DNA of 64,000 nt from Neophaeotheca triangularis (lineage: Eukaryota). The stretch spans positions 620,001-684,000 of the forward strand of contig BAAIJX010000007.1 of the NCBI GenBank assembly GCA_054600435.1. The letters are read 5' to 3'. The translations under genes were made by a program, and so were the position numbers. Within the stretch, counting starts at the first letter, position 1; every line of letters starts with the position of its first letter. Positions 37,981 to 49,902 of the stretch are shown piece by piece. The notes beneath the pieces are model-generated. The model searched no databases, was not told where the DNA came from, and saw nothing but the letters and a program-made list of their open reading frames with translations.

Positions 37981-37992
37981 TTATTATTATTA
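37944..37992. repeat. (TTA)n microsatellite
   Basis: About 15 TTA units with one TTC. Confidence 0.85.
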
Positions 37993-39742
37993 TGGCTTCG
38001 CACTCCAGCGAGCGAACGAGAAACTTCTTCGACTCCCTGCATGTTCGTGGAGACCGGAAGAACTTGTTGGCGTTGTTAGGTAGTCCCCACTACTTGTGAG
38101 TCTATCTACTAGTACCTACCTAGGTAGGCATTGCACGCAAAATATCGGACATACAGAACGCGAGGCGCGTAATGACAACGCCGCCGGACCCGCAAGTGGC
38201 GTTCGAGGCGTCATGCTGGAGCTTTTTGTCAACGAAGATCTCGTTCGTGTGTCGGTAGGTATGCAGATGAGCGACTGCAAGGTTTTTTTTTTTGGTAGAA
38301 CATGAGCTTTTTTATGCATGCTTGTAAAGCTCGAGATGCAAGCAAAAGTGGATATTGTTTCTCCAGGTACCGCGACGCCTTTCATCACCTGGCTTCGCTG
38401 CCACCAAGACTGATGAGTGCTTGGACTGTAGTACTAGTATCCAGTGGATGCTTGGTGGGTACGACGTGCCGCGTTTTGCGGCAGCGCGATGGCGGAAATA
38501 AGGTAGGTAGGTAGGTACTGTGTAGGTGGCAAGGTGCCTGCCCTGCTGGACTGATGGTTAACAATTTGATTAAAAGGTTGATCGCTCTCAGCGAGATATT
38601 GATTAAGCGATCATTGCCTACCTAAGTGCGTGTTAAGACCTTTTAGTTGAACATACTTGCAGGTATTCAGTCTATTAGTGTGTACATACAGTAGTACCTA
38701 AGTTCCTACCGACCGAGCATCCACGTCGGTCACTAAAGACTTTCATGCCGCTGATTTTAGGTGATGTGCGTAACTCGTGTACAGTGGTCACTGTTGCTGC
38801 AGGTGCTGCCGTCGTTGTCGTAGCATGCATGTATGTCGCTGTCGCTGTTGCCGTCGCCGCTCCTCTCTCATCCACTCTACACAACCTTGGGAGATACCTA
38901 GGTAGCTAGCGCTCGCTCGGCCCTTTTGCTTGTCTGCACCTGCACCCGCACCTGCGCCTGCAATCCGTTGGATCGTTTGCAATTGCGTGGGATCTCTCGC
39001 CCTTTGCACCTTTCAATCGACACCCCCGCCTCGTTGCGTCTCAACTACTAGTCTACCTACCTACCACAGGTACCTTACTGCTACTACTTCATCACTCTCC
39101 CGCCGACCATCACCGCGATTCGGGGTATTGATCGCCATACCCATACACTCGTTTCGTGTTATTCAATCCGTTTCTGACTGAAGCTTTACCCCCCCAAGCC
39201 CGCCCTGCCTTCCCCCCCCAGGGGCCAGCCGTTTGAGAGCGAGCAGACAGACGGGTATCGGCGCTGTTTCTACCTTGACTACCACTACTACTACCTTACT
39301 ACTACGTTCCCCTCACACTACTTGTGCGTTCACTAGCACGAGCCTGTGACGCGGCGCAAGGCAGACGGGACATCTCACACATCGGCTTCGGCTTGGCTGC
39401 CACGCCGACGGACGTCCGCCATTCCACCACCAGCGCGCACGCATCAACGCCAGCAACCGGCGCCAGTCACGGTCCAACCCTACACTTTCATTCGCGCTGC
39501 ACCACCGCAACGCGCACCGACACCGACCGCCACACCGCCGGCTACACACATTGCTCACGAGCGAGAGCGCAAGAACGGTTCACAGCAGCGGCGTAGCGTG
39601 CGGAGGGAACAGGGCAAGCACAGTAACAGCCGGGCAGGACAAGCCGCTTGCAGGCGTAATACAACAGCGTCAGTCTCATCAGCCAGACGACGTACAATCT
39701 ACCGCGCGAGACTAGGAGTCTACCGCAGCGACACAGCAAGAC

Positions 39743-42700
39743 ATGGCGCCGACCACTCCTCGTCTACGCATTCTCTCAGGTCAGTGCGAAATAACGCTTT
39801 TCCCAAGCTCCCCTACTCGTGCAAACCCTACACAACCCCCGACCGTGCTCCACTTATTTGACTCGCCCGATCTGTCCTTCCACGGGGACGGCCTGCGGGC
39901 TGGGTTGAGAGAGTCTCGTCACCCGCCGCCGGGTTGAGCGAGACTGCTCGGGACTGCCAGGCAGATTCGCGAGCTGAAGCATTACTGCTGAACTCGGCCA
40001 ACATCACCACCACCACCATCACTACCCTCATCACCGCCCACCTCACCCTTGCCCAGCATTCAAGCTTCACCTCGCCTTCCTCCCACGACCGCTGTCATCA
40101 CCGTCATCCCATTTCGCACCCACTCTCTCTTGCCGCGGTCTTTTACCGCACCACATTCCTTTCTTGACCTTTTGTCGCCGCCATGGCCGAAGATCCCGAC
40201 TCGCTGACCCAAAGCGTGTGTACAGTGGGCGGCAATGCGGTTTCTGCTTTCCTCTCATGGCGCCTCTCTGCCACCAATGCTTGCGACGTCACACTGGTAT
40301 GGAAGAGTGGCTTTGAATCGGTGTCGCAATATGGCATCTCGTTCAGGTATCTTCACCAACCCTCCAATCAGGCCACACGTCGAAAACTAACCATTTCGTC
40401 AGATCCGACAAATTTGGCAACGAACGCTTCAAGCCCAGACATGGTACGAACGACCATCAGACATGGATGAAACTCATTTTCGATGCTGATACTGCTTGCA
40501 GTCGTGAGAACACCCGAAGAAGCCGCATCAGCATCACGCTCCTCCTTCGACTACGTTGTCCTCTGCGTCAAAGCGCTCCCTGATGTCTACGACCTTGCTT
40601 CCGTCATCGAGTCCGTCGTCTCGCCGCAACATACTTGCATTCTCGTCAACACTACTCATACCCTTGGTGTCGAATCATACCTCGAGCAGCGATTCCCAAC
40701 CAATGTGGTCCTCTCGCTAGTATCAGGAGCAGAAATCACACAGCTTGGAATTAGTGAATTTGAGCACAAAGGATCAAGCGAGCTCTGGGTGGGAGCGGCG
40801 AACAAAAACCCTGCGATACCAGCATCGATACAGACGGACATGGCGGAAGCGCTGGCAATGACACTGAAGAGTGGACAAGTGGAATGCGAGGTCTCACCGA
40901 ACATTCGGCAGCAACAGTACGAGCGCATGATTGGGTAAGTGACATCTTTCAAAGATCGTACAGGACGATGCTGACAACGCCCAGGCCCATTGCTTTCCAT
41001 CCCACGAGCGTCATGTTGGAGACACCGACTCACGCTGAGCTTCTGGAGAAGACAGGCATGCGCTCGCTCATTACTGGCGTCATAGACGAGCTTCTTGCGC
41101 TTGCCAGGGCACATGGGTGCGACTTTGGACCCGGTTTCAAGCAGCACACGATGGAGCAGATGATCCTTCCTTCGGACACCAGCAGCACCATGTACCAAGA
41201 TTTCACCGGCCGCAGACCAATGGAAATAGAGACATTCTTGGGCTCGCCGATCAAGCTCGCCCAAGAAGTCGGCGTTTCAGTGCCACGAATCGAAACCCTG
41301 TATGCGCTACTACACAACATCAACATTGTCAACCAAAAGAGACCTCAACAACCAGCTACTGCTCCTCCGCAAGCGCAGCAGCAGCAGCCGCCTCCGCCGC
41401 AAAGGATGTCTTCCGCACCTGGCGGACCTAATGGCGCCGGACCCGGCCCGAGGGGACCTATGTACGGCCCTGGACCAGGCGGCCAAATGAGAGGACCTCC
41501 GCCAATGTCCAACGGCATGCGTCCTGGGCCTGGTGGCCGCGCGCCTACTGCACCTGGTGGCCCGCCGCCTATGAGAAGAGGGCCCCCTTCAATGGGTGGG
41601 GGACCTCCACCTCCCCCTCGTATGCATAGCTCTGGCTACGGTCCCCGTGGTCCACCTCCGCCATCGATGCAACGCCGCCCTTCTATGGAGGGCAACGATC
41701 TCGAAGAGTTTAGTCATTTGATGCTTTATGATAACATGCCAGACGGTGGGATGCAAGATAGTGGTTATGGAGGAGAGCCAGGAGCTGCACCACCAGCGCC
41801 CGGGGAGTACCAGATGCGCGAGCGCGAGTTGGCACTGCGTCAGAGGGAATTGGCACTCAGAGAGCAAGAGTACAACATGCGACGCAGAAGAGGGCCCCCT
41901 CCACCGCCGCCTCAAGGGCCGATGCATGGTGGATACGATGACGATGACGACGAGGATGGGGCAGACTACTTTGATGGCATGGCTGGAGTACCTAGCATGG
42001 ATCCGGGGCAAGACATGGACGTTATGAGCGTTACTTCTAGGAGAACACGAAAGGCGCCAAGTGTCAGTCAGCTCCGGCACAACCCTGAAGCCATGAGCGG
42101 TGGAGGGCCGATGCGACAAAGTCGCAACCCTTTTAACAGGCCTCAGATGAAGAATCGTACGAGCGCACGCATCGCCGCGGATTTACCGAGTCTGCGCAGC
42201 AACCTCATGAACGATCCGCTCATGGGCTACTCGTCGGATCGATTCGGCAATGTCGATCGCATGAACATGGGCGAGTCTAGGACAAACTCGCTCACTGCTG
42301 AGCGCTTGAACGAGCTGCAAAGGGGAGGACCGTCGGGCCCTGGTGGTCCCCCTGGACCGCCGGGAGGACCAGGTTACGGCCCTCAAGGTGGCTACCCTTC
42401 AATGAGCAGGAGAGGAAGCCAATCGCCTGGCAATCCTCTGAGCCCTGGCCCGAGAGGAATGCCACGTCCCTCACCTCCCAACGGCTACGGCCCTGGTCCC
42501 GGTCCTGGACCAAATGGCATGAATGGCATGGGCCCGCCGCCTCCAATGCACAATGGCATGCAAAACGGGCGCCCCTCACCACCAAGTGTGAGGCAGCCTG
42601 TCCCCCGCCATCCACCAGGTCATGGAAACGCAGTAGCGCCTCAGCAAGTTGAGCAGCAAGTCGGGGTGAGCAGCCTTTACCCACCCAAAAGCGGCCCCCA

Positions 42701-42839
42701 AGTACGCAGTCTGACCGGTTCTGCGAGCGCTAGCGCGGGGAGTGGTGAAAGTAACCGCTCTGCGCCTCTCGACTCCGAACCTTCTGCCCACAGTTCCAGC
42801 AGTAGCCTCGGGCCCCGCCCACCCGTTGGTGTGAGGTAG
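39743..42839 (+). CDS. Ketopantoate reductase (PanE/ApbA)-fold protein with long Pro/Gly-rich tail, Svl3/Pam1-like. Exons 39743-39779, 40226-40346, 40403-40443, 40502-40934, 40985-42839
   Basis: Spliced MAPTTPRLRILS/VGGNAVSAFLSWRL, FDYVVLCVKALPDVYDLA, STMYQDFTGRRPMEIE, VPRIETLYALL; four GT-AG introns with branch points. Confidence 0.85.
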
Positions 42840-44409
42840 AAGACTCTTACGAGCTTGCCTCGACTGCTCCGCTCCCACGTCGGCCTCTTCAAAAGTCCTT
42901 GCGCTGTCGATACGGCCATGTGAAATACTCGCGCCGATTGATGCCATCATCTACTAGGCCAACACCCTATTTATTTTCCAGACACGGCCACTGGAGCACA
43001 AAGACCAGCAGAGACAACAAGAAGCATGCGCCTTGCGTGAACATCCGTTATATTCCGTACAATTCCACAGGACTCCGAAGCGAGTCCACTACCTCTGCCG
43101 TCCTTATCCTCACCTCTTTGTTTCTGCTTATATAACGACTAGAGCGATAGACGGCCATTGGATGCGGCCCTCCCTTTTGTTGCATGGCGCATTCTCAGGC
43201 GTTACCGGGGCGACTTTCCATTTCCGCGAGCGCGACCCTCATCACCCTCGACCCTCCTGCCATCCAACGGCAGCCCCAGCATGGCTATTTACGCATTACT
43301 TGCGGCGTTTTGAGCGTACAGTCCACTGCACACTTCTGCTTCGACATCACCCATCTTCTAATTTGCGAGTTTCCTACACCCCTGGATCAGCTTTCAGGAT
43401 CAACCACAGTACCATTCTCTTCAGGACCTCTTTCCAGGCTCCTGGCTGGATACAACCGTCGCGGTCTCTACTGGCTGACGAGCAAGGTTGCGCAAAGGCT
43501 CTCTTTCCCTTCGGCGTGTATTAGTACAACTTCTCCGGCAACCATCCATTTCCTGCGGATGGATAACTGCCATCATACGGGCATGTAGTGGGTGGGAATG
43601 GGTAACGGCCGGGCAGGAAACTATCGGCGCTCAGTACGGGACGGAATCAGTTCATCGGGCATATCTACTCCGCGACGACGGCTCTTTCGCGCCTCTTTCC
43701 CTGGCTTCGCGCGCGGTTCTTGAGAGACAGCGGACCTCGTCTCTTGCATACCAGAGCTTTCAAACGGACTAACCCCGTGCTTTGAGGAAATCTGCGGATG
43801 TGGCTTTTGCGGGTCGGTGGCCTCTCTTTGCTTTTGGTTTGGTCTTTTGATTGTTGTACCCTCCCGTGCGAAAGGGGCTGGCTGTATGGGCCCCTTTTCG
43901 AAAAAGTGAGCAGCGATATTTTGGGCGTATATACAGATAGTACTAGTCGAAAGAGTTGCTTGATTTGCCGATTTTTCTTTTCTCCCGTTGCTCTGTGACT
44001 GGTGCTTGTCTGGGTCGGTTTTGTATCAGTTATAGAGGATTTGCGACGACAGTTGAGGCTCATGCTTTGGCATTGCTTGCCTACATAGTTTGCTTACTAT
44101 AGTTGGTGTTGCCTTTCCGAAAATCCTTGGGTGAAAACTTGGCTCCATGCGAGGCAACCTCACTGACCTGAACGCGGACGTAAGAAACACCCATAGAAGC
44201 CAACGAGTTCCAGCTAGAGTCAAACTAGAATTAAGGTGTACACACTGATCCTGTAACTACCTACTCTTACCCTCTAGATTTCTAAGCCCTGCTTTGCAAC
44301 GCACGTACTGAAGTCAACAAACCACGGGCTCTGAAGCCAGGAAGGAAAAGCTCTACTTTGACTCTATTCCTCGGCCGAAAAAGAAGAAGAAAAAAAAAAA
44401 GCAAGGAAA

Positions 44410-44485
44410 ATACAACAGGTGGGACTCCTACGTAGTCACCCACCGTAGTACTAGTCACCCGCTGTAATGCTTGAATATAGTAGAG
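44410..44485 (-). pseudogene. 5S rRNA gene fragment (3' ~76 nt only), probably RIP-mutated, followed by an oligo-T terminator
   Basis: Minus strand CTCTACTATATTCAAGCATTACAGCGGGTGACTAGTACTACGGTGGGTGACTACGTAGGAGTCCCACCTGTTGTAT-TTT matches the remembered fungal 5S 3' domain (..AAGC..TAGTA..GGTGGGTGAC..CTGTTGTAT). Stems CTAC/GTAG and GGTG/CACC still pair; the 5' ~40 nt are absent. Confidence 0.8.
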
Positions 44486-44735
44486 GGAGAATAAGAAAGG
44501 TACCTTAGGAAGCGTAAAAGAAGCAAGGAAGATACCTCTTAGGGAGGGAAGAGGGAAGTACGAGGGTACGAATAGTCCTAGCCCGAAAGCGAGACCAAAC
44601 TTCACTTAGGTGTTAGGGGTGTCACGTGGTGTCACATGACCGGCTTGGCGAAGCCATTACCTACTCCTCCGTGTCTCCGTAGCTATCACCTACTCCTCTC
44701 AATACCGTGACACTTTTTACCAAGAAGAGCTCACC

Positions 44736-45571
44736 ATGGGCGCTATAGTCTCAAGAATTCAAAACGCCATCAAAGGAATCGTGGCCCCGGTCGTCCACAA
44801 AGTCGTGTCGATCGCCCGCCACGCCCTCGAGAACACAGTCCGTGCTGTCAAGACCGCTGCGGAACAGCCAAAAAAGTCCTTTGTCCAGGGCCTCAAACAA
44901 CACATCACAAAGAACCCAAGACTGGTCGCACTGCAAGCCGCATCCCTCACCATAGCTGCCATCCCAGGCGCTGTCACGTTTCCAGCGCTTGGTGCTTTGG
45001 GATTCTCGGCTATTGGGCCTGTCGGAGGTATGCTGTTGTTTCCAGCCCAGCTTATCTCGCAGGACGGAGCTGATGTTGTTACGATCTAGGTTCCCTCGCC
45101 GCTGGGTTCCAGTCTGCAGTTGGCACGCCCGCGGTCTTCAGCGTCCTTCAGAGTGCTGCGATGGGAGGTTATGGGGTACAGGCGGCCACTGGGGCTGTCT
45201 CGGCGAGCTCGGTGGGTAGTGCTGCGGTTCTGGAGGTTGCTCGTCGGTATCGCGCGCGCGGAAGACGTGCTCGTGAGGACGGAGGCTGTGAGGGCAGCGA
45301 GGATGGGAGAGACATGGCAGACGACGAGGATAGTGAAACGATGAAGGCGGTGGCCCAAATGAGCGTGGTCGTAGTGAAGAAGGGGCTTACAGCGAAGACA
45401 ACGGCCAAGGCCAAGGCGGAGGCGGCGTTTGTGGATATACCGGCGAAGTGGAAGTGGATGATGAGGATGGGAAACATTATAGTCTTGAGCATGGCGGCAA
45501 CGAGGATGGTGGTAATGCTGGCACGTGAGGACCGCTCCCTCAAATTTTTGGCGAGGAGGGCATTTCGATGA
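44736..45571 (+). CDS. IFI6/IFI27 (ISG12)-like small membrane protein. Exons 44736-45027, 45090-45571
   Basis: Spliced LGALGFSAIGPVG/GSLAAGFQSAVGTPAVFSVLQSAAMGG, the Gly/Ala-rich ISG12-type motif. Intron 45028-45089 (GTATGC..GCTGAT..TAG). Confidence 0.7.
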
Positions 45572-45796
45572 AGCGGGCGGTCGTAAGCGTAGCATAACTC
45601 GTAGCTCTGTTCTATCCTTATTAGAATACCAAGTCATAAGTCGTCCAGTTTTCTTTTTTAGTTCTACCGCCCTCACAGCACTTCCACAGCTGCATTCATA
45701 GATATTGATAGCATCGAAAATACTAGAGAGGGAAAATGAAGCAACCTGCTATGGGACCGACGCTGTTTGGATGCGTTTGGTACGTACAAACATCTC

Positions 45797-47980
45797 CTAT
45801 TTCATCAGCTTATCGACAGCCCACCCGACATTCAAACCTCTCAAATCGCCATAATGTTGACCAACGCCGAGGAAGACGACGGGAATACCTTGTCACCTTG
45901 TCAGCAAAACCACGCTACTATCCGAATTCGAAGAGAGGTATCTTACCAGTAGCATGCACCATGCTGACCATGACCCCAACCATATCCCCGACAGTATCAC
46001 ACTTGCTCACAATAAATCCATCCATACCAACACCCCCATTACGCATAATGCCTTTGGAATCCACAAACTCCTTGGCGAAATTCCTCGCCTGCGCAACCGA
46101 GTCTGTGCCCACCAACGCCTCGCCGACCATGAAAATCTTATCTGGGTTCGCGAGCTGCCCGAATTTGGTGAGACTGGACATCAAGCGCGTGTCATTGTGC
46201 CGCCTTCCAGCGGTATCGATGAGAACGACATCGAAGAGCATCTCGCCGGCTTTGGCGTTGGTGGCGTAAGTGACGGCGTCGCGGGCGACGGTGGCGGCGT
46301 CTTTGCCGTAGCCCTTTTCGAAAAGTTCGATTTGGCCGACGTTTTCGCGACGCGAAAGTTCCGACAGCCGGCTCACGTGGACTCCGAGTTGTTCGACGGC
46401 GCCCGAGCGGAAGGTGTCGGCTGCGACGACTAGGACGCGGAATTTGTTTTGGAGCAGGAAGTAGGCGATTTTGCTCAGGCTGGTGGATTTGCCCACGCCG
46501 TTGACGCCGACGATGGAGATTACGTAGGGACGGGGGTTAGGTGGGTCGATGGTGCTGGTGATATTGCGGAGGAGGTCGAGGGAGCTTGTGGGTGTGAGGA
46601 TGTGAGTGAGGGCTTTGGACATGGAGGCTCGAATGGTTTTGTCAATGGAGGTGTAGCTGGCGGTTTTCTGGTTCAGAAGGTCGGTTTCGACTGATTTGCA
46701 GAGTCGGTCTGCTGCTGTTGGCGCTACGTTCTTGGAGACTAGGTGGTTATGCATTGCCTGCAGCGGTTTTTGGAGGTCGTAGGAGCTCAGTGTCTTCCCA
46801 CCGACAAGGTTAGAAAACATGCCCGAGATTCTTGAGCTTGCCGATCCAAATAATCCTGAGCTCTCTTCTACCGGAGCAGAGGTGTGCTCCTTCTTCGCGG
46901 GCGGTTTTGATTCCGCGAGAATGGCCTCAAGCTCGTCGTCCAGGTCCTTCAGCACGAATTGGCCCTTGCCAGTGCGGCTTCCCATCTCCTCGGCCTTGAC
47001 ATCCGCAACATCAATCTCTTTATCACCCTGAGCGTCGTTCAAGTTTGCGCCGCTGTAATCGAGAACACTGTCGTCTTCACCATCCACAGCAAAACCATCT
47101 GCGTCCCATCTTCTCTTTGACTTGGCACTGCCTTTGCCGGACTTACCCCTTCCTCCAAGCCTTTCGTCTCCGGATGAAACAGGCGTAGATGCGAAAGGTG
47201 AGTTTGCTTTCCTAGCTCTCCGTGAAGCCTTCCCTGGCCCAGCCTTGCCAGTCAGCAGATGCGACGCTCCTGATGCTGGTGTAGTAGGTCGCGACGCCTC
47301 TGGTGTGGCCACTGGAGTCGCATCGGTACTGGTCGTGTCCTCCACCAACACATCTCTTCTCGACTGCATCTTCTTCGCTACTCCCGAGCCGGGCACGGGT
47401 GGTGGGGGCGGCTCATCATTGTTTCCATCTCCCTCTGTCGCGCTTGCGGGGCTCGATGGTGGCGTGAGCTCAGGCGCTGTCTCCGAGTCTGGCTCGCTGT
47501 ATCTGCGAGAGCTTCCAGTGTCGAGCTTCTGCACCAGCGCGTCAAAGGTGTGGTCGAATTGCTGGCAGTTGACCTTGGTTGTGTGGGGCTTCTTCAGCTG
47601 TGCGCCATATTGCTTGATGAATAATGACCGAACAGCAACCAGTAGGTTATCCACCCAAGACAGATGTAGCAAGCTTTGATATACAGCCTAGTGAATGTGG
47701 ATAGTCAGGCAACCTGTCTTGCGCCTGGTGGCCTTCAATACCCGGCCTTACCTACCACGAAAATCAATCCCACATCTTTTGCACTGGTCCATTTCAATGT
47801 GTATTTGTCCTTTTTGTACTGCGCATTCGCTGCTCCATCTTGGCCAACAGACTTTTGCCCTCGCTCTTCCACAAAGACATCGTTTATCAGGCTGTTGACA
47901 ACGTTGGAGGATACTGGCGCGTACTGTTTGCGCCAGACGACAATGCCGGACGTCGTCAGAATCTCGAAGGCGTCTAACAT
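45797..47980 (-). CDS. SRP101: Signal recognition particle receptor alpha subunit. Exons 47980-47756, 47687-45947, 45888-45797
   Basis: MLDAFEILTTSGIVVW longin start; GVNGVGKST, DTFRSGAVEQL, DTAGR, SKCD, G/IPVVFLGVGQHYGDL. Confidence 0.95.
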
Positions 47981-48338
47981 GACCGAATTAGGCGGCTACG
48001 TTGGCAGAATATGTTGGGTCTATTGAAGGGGTCAAGGTGTAAATGTGCACACAGAAGAGCTGAGCGGGTGGTGGCAGAAGTGGCAGTAGTGGTAGTGGTG
48101 GTGGTGGTGGGGCTGCACGGTGACTTCAAGCCAGATCGCCGGTCCCTGCATGGATGTGAGCTTCCTGACCTGACCGTTTTGAGCCTCAATTGCGAAACAT
48201 TACTTGTCCATGTCAGTCGTTACACCTTGCGCATCTACATCAACGCGACACGCTCAGTGAACGGCCGCGACAAATCCGCCTCGAACCCAACGACCAGTTC
48301 CCATATCAACACCCGGCCACTGGTGACGACAGGTCAAG

Positions 48339-49486
48339 ATGCAACGCCCAGGCGCATATGGCATGCCTCCAGCGAACTCACCCCCTCTTCACCACCCGGT
48401 GCCCCAGCATGTATCGACAGTTCCGCAGTTGCGATCCCCTCCTCCGCCAGCAGGACAGCAGCAACCGCAGGCCGGGTATGGAGCATACGGTCAACCCAGT
48501 GCCGGCGGTGAGCAATACATGCAGCACCCGGCATTCGGAGGCCTTATGAACGACCAAACAGCACAACTCGGTTTCCAGATGGGCAAGAGTGCGTTCAACG
48601 CAGGGCAGGACTACATTGACCAAAATGTTTGTGGAAGATATCGAGTCAGAAGACATATCCTTCCAGCGGCGAAGTGCTAACCTGTGTATGATAGTTCAAC
48701 CGCTACGTAAATGTCTCGGCGCTGAAGCACTACTTCAACGTGTCAAACGCCTACGTGTTGCGCAAACTCCTCATAGTTCTCTTCCCTTGGCGCCATCGGC
48801 CCTGGTCGCGCCAGCAGCAACACCAAGAACACCACGGCGGCAGCGGAAATTCCTCAACAATCGCTTCGACTTATCTCCCACCGCGCGAAGATGTCAATAG
48901 CCCTGACATGTACATCCCTGTCATGGCATTCACAACATACGTGCTGCTCTCGACTCTGATTGCCGGGCTAAACGGCAAGTTCGAGCCGCAGTTCCTCGGA
49001 ATCAACTTCAGTAACGCGAGTGCCATCATCATACTGGAACTGGTTCTGCTCTGGCTGGGCAAGTACTTTTTGAACATTAGCTCGGAAAGTCAGATTTATG
49101 ACCTTGTGGCGTACTCGGGATACAAGTTTGTGGGTGTGATCGTAACGATCGCCTTCACAGCAGTCTTCAGTGGCGGTTACTGGGTCAACTGGACTGTTTT
49201 CGGATACACGTTTATGGCCAATGCCTTCTTCTTGGTGAGTTTTGTTGCTGAGCTATAACTCTGATACTGTTGTTGTACTGACTGAAAATGATTGTAGCTG
49301 CGGAGTCTGAAATACGTGCTCCTCCCATCCGACGCTACACCTGGCAACCCATCCATGCAGACAATCGCTCGGTCACAAAAGACCAAGCGAACATACTTCT
49401 TGTTTGCGTACAGCTACCCAGTCCAGCTCGTCTTCATGTGGTGGCTCAGCGCGCCAGGTGATGTCAAGGGAGCGGCTGCGAAGTGA
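48339..49486 (+). CDS. YIF1: ER-Golgi transport protein Yif1/Hrf1. Exons 48339-48626, 48695-49234, 49298-49486
   Basis: LKHYFNVSNAYVLRKLLIVLFPWRH, PPREDVNSPDMYIPVMAFTTYVLL, DLVAYSGYKFVG, AFFL/LRSLKYVLLP. Confidence 0.93.
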
Positions 49487-49902
49487 TGAAGGACGCGTCT
49501 TACTAAGCCTTTGGGCTCGCATGGGTGAATCAATTGTTGTGCGTTCTAGCGATGGGAAGAAGGGGAGATGAAGCGAAGGCTTCATGCCGAGCTACAGCCT
49601 GCCGATGCCATTGTGGTGATACTGCTGAAAACTGCAATAGCTTGAACAATAGAATAGGAGGTACAACATCAGCCAGTATGGCTTTTTGAACCGTCATACT
49701 GCAGAGTCACAGAACCTGTCTCTGCAATGCCTCTCACCAACGTTCCAAGGTTACCGCTCACCTCGGAAGGTACTGTTGTAATTTGACATTCGGACTCGGT
49801 AAATCGGCACCTCATGTTGATTCGACGTCATCGATGAACACCCCCACATAAAGCTTCCCCCATCTAACCAGTCGAGCATTGAACAGAAACATTATTTAGG
49901 TC

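Noticed and set aside
38408..38460. CTGATGAG hammerhead or C-box-like motif
   Set aside because: No downstream GAAA core, flanking stems or D box.
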